DNA from: a virus
Taxonomy: Duplodnaviria > Caudoviricetes
Strand: one strand, 5' to 3'
Virus record (IMG/VR): IMGVR_UViG_3300025000_000022
Span: 1-52,548 of that record
DNA length: 52,548 nt
A model generated the notes under the pieces. That model made no database searches. It saw only the letters and a list, made by a program, of their open reading frames with translations, and had not been told where the DNA came from. The translations under genes and the position numbers were made by a program. This document shows, in pieces, positions 49,607-52,548 of the stretch. Numbering within the stretch: the stretch's first letter is position 1; the number at the start of each line of letters is the position of its first letter.

Positions 49607-50299
49607 ATGAGTATTTTTATTGAGAAAAACGGTAAAATTGTTGATGTAATTGAAGGAAAAGAAAATGAAGTTAGTTGGAAAGATATATCTATTGTCCCAT
49701 ACTTATCTGAAGATTTCATTAGAAAATTTCAAGATTTGGTGGATTGGGAAGGGGTAAGTGTTTTTCAATCTTTATCTAAAGATTTTATTAGAGAATTTCA
49801 AGATAAAGTGGATTGGAAAAGGATAGTTCGGATCTTATCTAAAGATTTCATTAGAGAATTTCAAGATAAAGTGGATTGGAGAGAGATATATATTAGTCAA
49901 ATCCTATCCGAAGATTTTATTAGAGAGTTTCAAGATAAAGTGGATTGGTTATGGATAATTAAAGGTCAAAAATTATCTGAAGACTTTATTAAGGAATTTA
50001 AAGATAAGGTTGATTGGAAATTAATAAGTTTTTATCAAAACTTATCCGAAGATTTTATTAGAGAGTTTCAAGATAAAGTAGATTGGAGAATTGTATCTCG
50101 TACACAGACTTTATCTGAAGATTTCATCAGAGAGTTTCAAGATAAGGTTGATTGGAAATTAATAAGTTTTAATCAAATCCTATCCGAAGATTTCATCATA
50201 GAATTTAAAGATAAAGTGGATTGGATAATTATATCTTATAGACAGACTTTATCTGAAGATTTCATTAAGAAATTTAAAGACAAATTAAATATTAAATAA
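49607..50299 (+). CDS. 23-aa tryptophan-repeat protein, paralogue 2
   Basis: Nine LS(E/K)DFIREFQDKVDW-type units with a mostly 69-bp DNA period; own early promoter. Confidence 0.85.
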   Translation: MSIFIEKNGKIVDVIEGKENEVSWKDISIVPYLSEDFIRKFQDLVDWEGVSVFQSLSKDFIREFQDKVDWKRIVRILSKDFIREFQDKVDWREIYISQILSEDFIREFQDKVDWLWIIKGQKLSEDFIKEFKDKVDWKLISFYQNLSEDFIREFQDKVDWRIVSRTQTLSEDFIREFQDKVDWKLISFNQILSEDFIIEFKDKVDWIIISYRQTLSEDFIKKFKDKLNIK

Positions 50300-50310
50300 A
50301 TTTATAAAAA

Positions 50311-50359
50311 TATATATACATGTTGGTACAGAAAAATGTACCAACATGTATATTTTTTT
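50311..50359. terminator. Bidirectional terminator
   Basis: TATACATGTTGGTACA / TGTACCAACATGTATA between convergent genes. Confidence 0.8.
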
Positions 50360-51305
50360 ATTTCTCATCATAAATATTTTTTAACTTTCTTTTTAATTCT
50401 ATTAATACTTTATTACCAAACATTGATAAAATAACAGATGGGGTCATTCTATTCATTACTGCTCCTGGAGCAACTACTGAAGATATTTCTTCATCTGGTC
50501 TAAATAATGAGTATGGTTCATAACCTTCAGGAATAACTTCACCAACAATAGATTTTAATGCAGTAAAGAAACATATTTTATCGCCAACACCAACTGTATC
50601 TTTATATTTAATATAAAATATTATTAAAACTCCTGAATTAACTGTATGACCTTTAACTTTACCATCTTTAGTTTCAATCTTACCAACTGGCTCATTTAAC
50701 ATTATACCGCATTTATAAACAGAGTCAGATTTATCATATTTATTAATAATTTTCTTTTTCTTATTAATTCTGTCATAATAATTAGTAACAATCTTTTTCA
50801 ATGTTGGAGATAGTTCTTCAACATCTACAGTTGAATATACTTTGATATCTTCAATTACACCAGAATATTTAGTTTTAATGGGTGTTTTACCCATTGCTTT
50901 AATTTCTTCTTTTAATTCATTACCAACATTTGAAAGAAATTTATTTAATGAATCATCTTTAAAAGAAACTTCAAATCTAATTAATTCATCACCAACACTA
51001 ACATTTTGACCTATTTCAACTATATAATCAACATTAGCATTTTTACCTAAGACAACAGGTTTTTCCATAACAATTTCTGTTGCCATATCTTCACTTAATT
51101 TCTTACTAACAAATGTAGAATCTTCATATGTTGAATAAGAGGACATACAAGCAATTTTCTGTAATGAACCAATATTGAATCTGTTACCATATAATTTACT
51201 ATTACTAAAAAAATTACTATCATAAGCCAATATATCTTTTTTCTTTATTTTTTGCCCAACTTTTAAATCACATGATAATTTATTTGATAAAAAAAAACCT
51301 CCAGC
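50358..51305 (-). CDS. rpoB: Last exon of phage RNA polymerase beta-like subunit
   Basis: AGGFFLSNK..KVGQ; TYEDS..VS; VGDKICFFTALKSIV (GDK..K catalytic lysines); MNRMTPS (SRMN-like). Confidence 0.88.
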   Translation of the reverse strand, partial: AGGFFLSNKLSCDLKVGQKIKKKDILAYDSNFFSNSKLYGNRFNIGSLQKIACMSSYSTYEDSTFVSKKLSEDMATEIVMEKPVVLGKNANVDYIVEIGQNVSVGDELIRFEVSFKDDSLNKFLSNVGNELKEEIKAMGKTPIKTKYSGVIEDIKVYSTVDVEELSPTLKKIVTNYYDRINKKKKIINKYDKSDSVYKCGIMLNEPVGKIETKDGKVKGHTVNSGVLIIFYIKYKDTVGVGDKICFFTALKSIVGEVIPEGYEPYSLFRPDEEISSVVAPGAVMNRMTPSVILSMFGNKVLIELKRKLKNIYDEK

Positions 51306-52079
51306 CGTTTAAATTCATATTGTTCGTTAAACAATACAGTTCTCTTATGAACTTCCCTAACTTTCATTAGGATACTAGACTATATCTTCATCTCATAGAG
51401 ATGCTTCCTATTTCGATTTAAGGGATTCTCACCCACTCACTTGAGCCCTACTCCTATTGCTTATTTCAAAGCTAAAGGATAGTCGTTGAACCTTTCTCAT
51501 AGTATTTTATTATTTTTCATTTATATATTATTTATGTAATATAAAAAAGAAAGGAATGATATATTTATGCCTATCACTTACAAAGATATTTTAATGAATG
51601 GTATTAAAGAATTAGATACAGAATATAGTTCTAAAGAATCCATAGATATAACTAAAAAGTTCTTTGAACAAAGATTTCATAATGAGTTAAAACAATACAA
51701 CGGGGATACCGAAAAAGCTACAGACGAATTTATCACCCGTAGAAATTTAGAACTTTTTAGATACTATATCGAAGAAACTTTCTTATTATATGATGAATTA
51801 TATAATAAGAAAAATCCTGAAGAAATGAATAAACTATATTCTATTAGAGCTTCTCTTCGTGACATTCATAATTGTCTTTGTCATGTAATGAAAGGTAAAG
51901 AATATTGTTAAAATTAGTTTAAAAGAGTTGTAATTTTTATAGCTCTTTTATTTTTTTTACTATGAGACTTAGCTGCGGATTACTCAATCTTTTTATTATA
52001 TAATAAAAAGCTCTAAGAGCCTCCCCGACAATTAAAGAAGATTCATATATATGTCACCACATATATGGGCATTTAGTTT
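51306..52079 (-). ncRNA. Group I intron (IA-like) carrying an antisense ORF cassette in the P6-region loop
   Basis: 5' exon ends AATGGT; intron ends ...TTTAAACG; splicing gives KVVKNG|AGGFF in frame; Q, R and S elements shared with the paralogous introns. Confidence 0.92.
51567..51911 (+). CDS. Intron-embedded antisense ORF of unknown function (114 aa)
   Basis: Early motif at 51522-51531, AAAGGA RBS, terminator at 51921-51957; no LAGLIDADG, GIY-YIG or HNH motif seen. Confidence 0.8.
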   Translation: MPITYKDILMNGIKELDTEYSSKESIDITKKFFEQRFHNELKQYNGDTEKATDEFITRRNLELFRYYIEETFLLYDELYNKKNPEEMNKLYSIRASLRDIHNCLCHVMKGKEYC

Positions 52080-52311
52080 ACCATTTTTTACTACTTTAGG
52101 ACTAGTATCAATTGCTTTAGTTTCTCCATTTTTATATTTAATAATAACTAAACCAGTTTCATTATTAATCTCAACAACTTCACCATCATCTTTAGCAACA
52201 ACAGAAAAATCATCAGATAAATGATATTGAATAACTTGTTCAACCCCATTAGATAGTAAAACAGGAGATTGTTTTACTACAGGCACGATATGTTTTGATT
52301 GCTTTACACTC
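52080..52311 (-). CDS. rpoB: Internal exon of the RNA polymerase beta-like subunit
   Basis: SVKQSKHIVPVVKQSPVLLSNGVE..VVAKDDGEV corresponds to RpoB NMQRQAVP....PLVGTGME...A...G.V. Confidence 0.85.
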
Positions 52312-52548
52312 CATTTATTTCACATAGGTCGTTAATCTATGCAGTTCTCTTATGAACTTCCCTAACTTTCATTAGGATATAAGACTATATCTTCATCCTT
52401 ATTATTAAATAATAAGGAGTCTCCTATTTCGATTTAAGGGATTTTCACCCACTCACTTGAGCCCTACTCCTGTTGCTTATTTCAAAGCTAAAGGATAGTC
52501 GTTGAACCTTTCTCTAATATATTAGAGACTTGGCTGCGGATTACTCAA
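52312..52548 (-). ncRNA. Group I intron (3' part, truncated by window edge)
   Basis: R TTCAACGACTA, S GAAGATATAGTCT, and a 3' domain nearly identical to that of 1219-1596; ends ...AAATAAATG before the exon (boundary uncertain by 1 nt). Confidence 0.88.

Noticed and set aside
49130-50290. CRISPR-like array (constant ~45 bp plus variable ~24 bp)
   Set aside because: The units are in-frame coding repeats with synonymous variation, and no cas genes or leader are present.
5401-50359. Many perfect intergenic palindromes as a mobile repeat family
   Set aside because: They share no sequence with each other and sit right after stop codons with T-runs, consistent with ordinary intrinsic terminators.
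51567-51911. Homing endonuclease or IStron transposase/TnpB in the intron
   Set aside because: No LAGLIDADG, GIY-YIG, HNH, HUH or RuvC motif is visible, and the ORF is short and antisense. A remote homology search is still needed.
1-52548. Complete circular 52.5-kb phage genome implied by the terminal repeat
   Set aside because: The repeat lies within paralogous introns, both RNAP genes are incomplete, and no capsid, terminase, portal or DNA polymerase gene was recognised.
1-52548. tRNA or rRNA genes
   Set aside because: No cloverleaf or rRNA-like segment was seen; the GC-richer non-coding stretches are explained by the introns.

Overview
Very AT-rich segment of an AR9/PBS1/phiKZ-related jumbo myophage, probably infecting a Firmicute (inferred from SH3b, GH73 and M23 domains and strong GGAGG ribosome-binding sites). 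Both ends carry minus-strand genes for a phage multisubunit RNA polymerase (beta'-like at the left, C-terminal beta-like at the right), broken by at least five group I introns. Four introns are close paralogues. A 9-nt micro-exon lies inside the catalytic DYDGD motif, one intron appears to end in A rather than the near-universal G, and one carries a complete antisense expression cassette (promoter, ORF, terminator) in a loop. The middle holds virion genes: baseplate and tail-tube-like proteins, a 3321-aa tape-measure-like protein with C39 and lysozyme-like domains, four paralogous internal-head-like proteins, and a 1473-aa multi-enzyme protein with putative head-protease sites between its domains. 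RusA, a GH73 muramidase, a PC4/YdbC protein and clusters of small genes are also present. Two promoter motifs (TATATATTAT and AACA-N6-TA) separate putative early from late genes. All family calls come from reading motifs by eye; no database searches were run.
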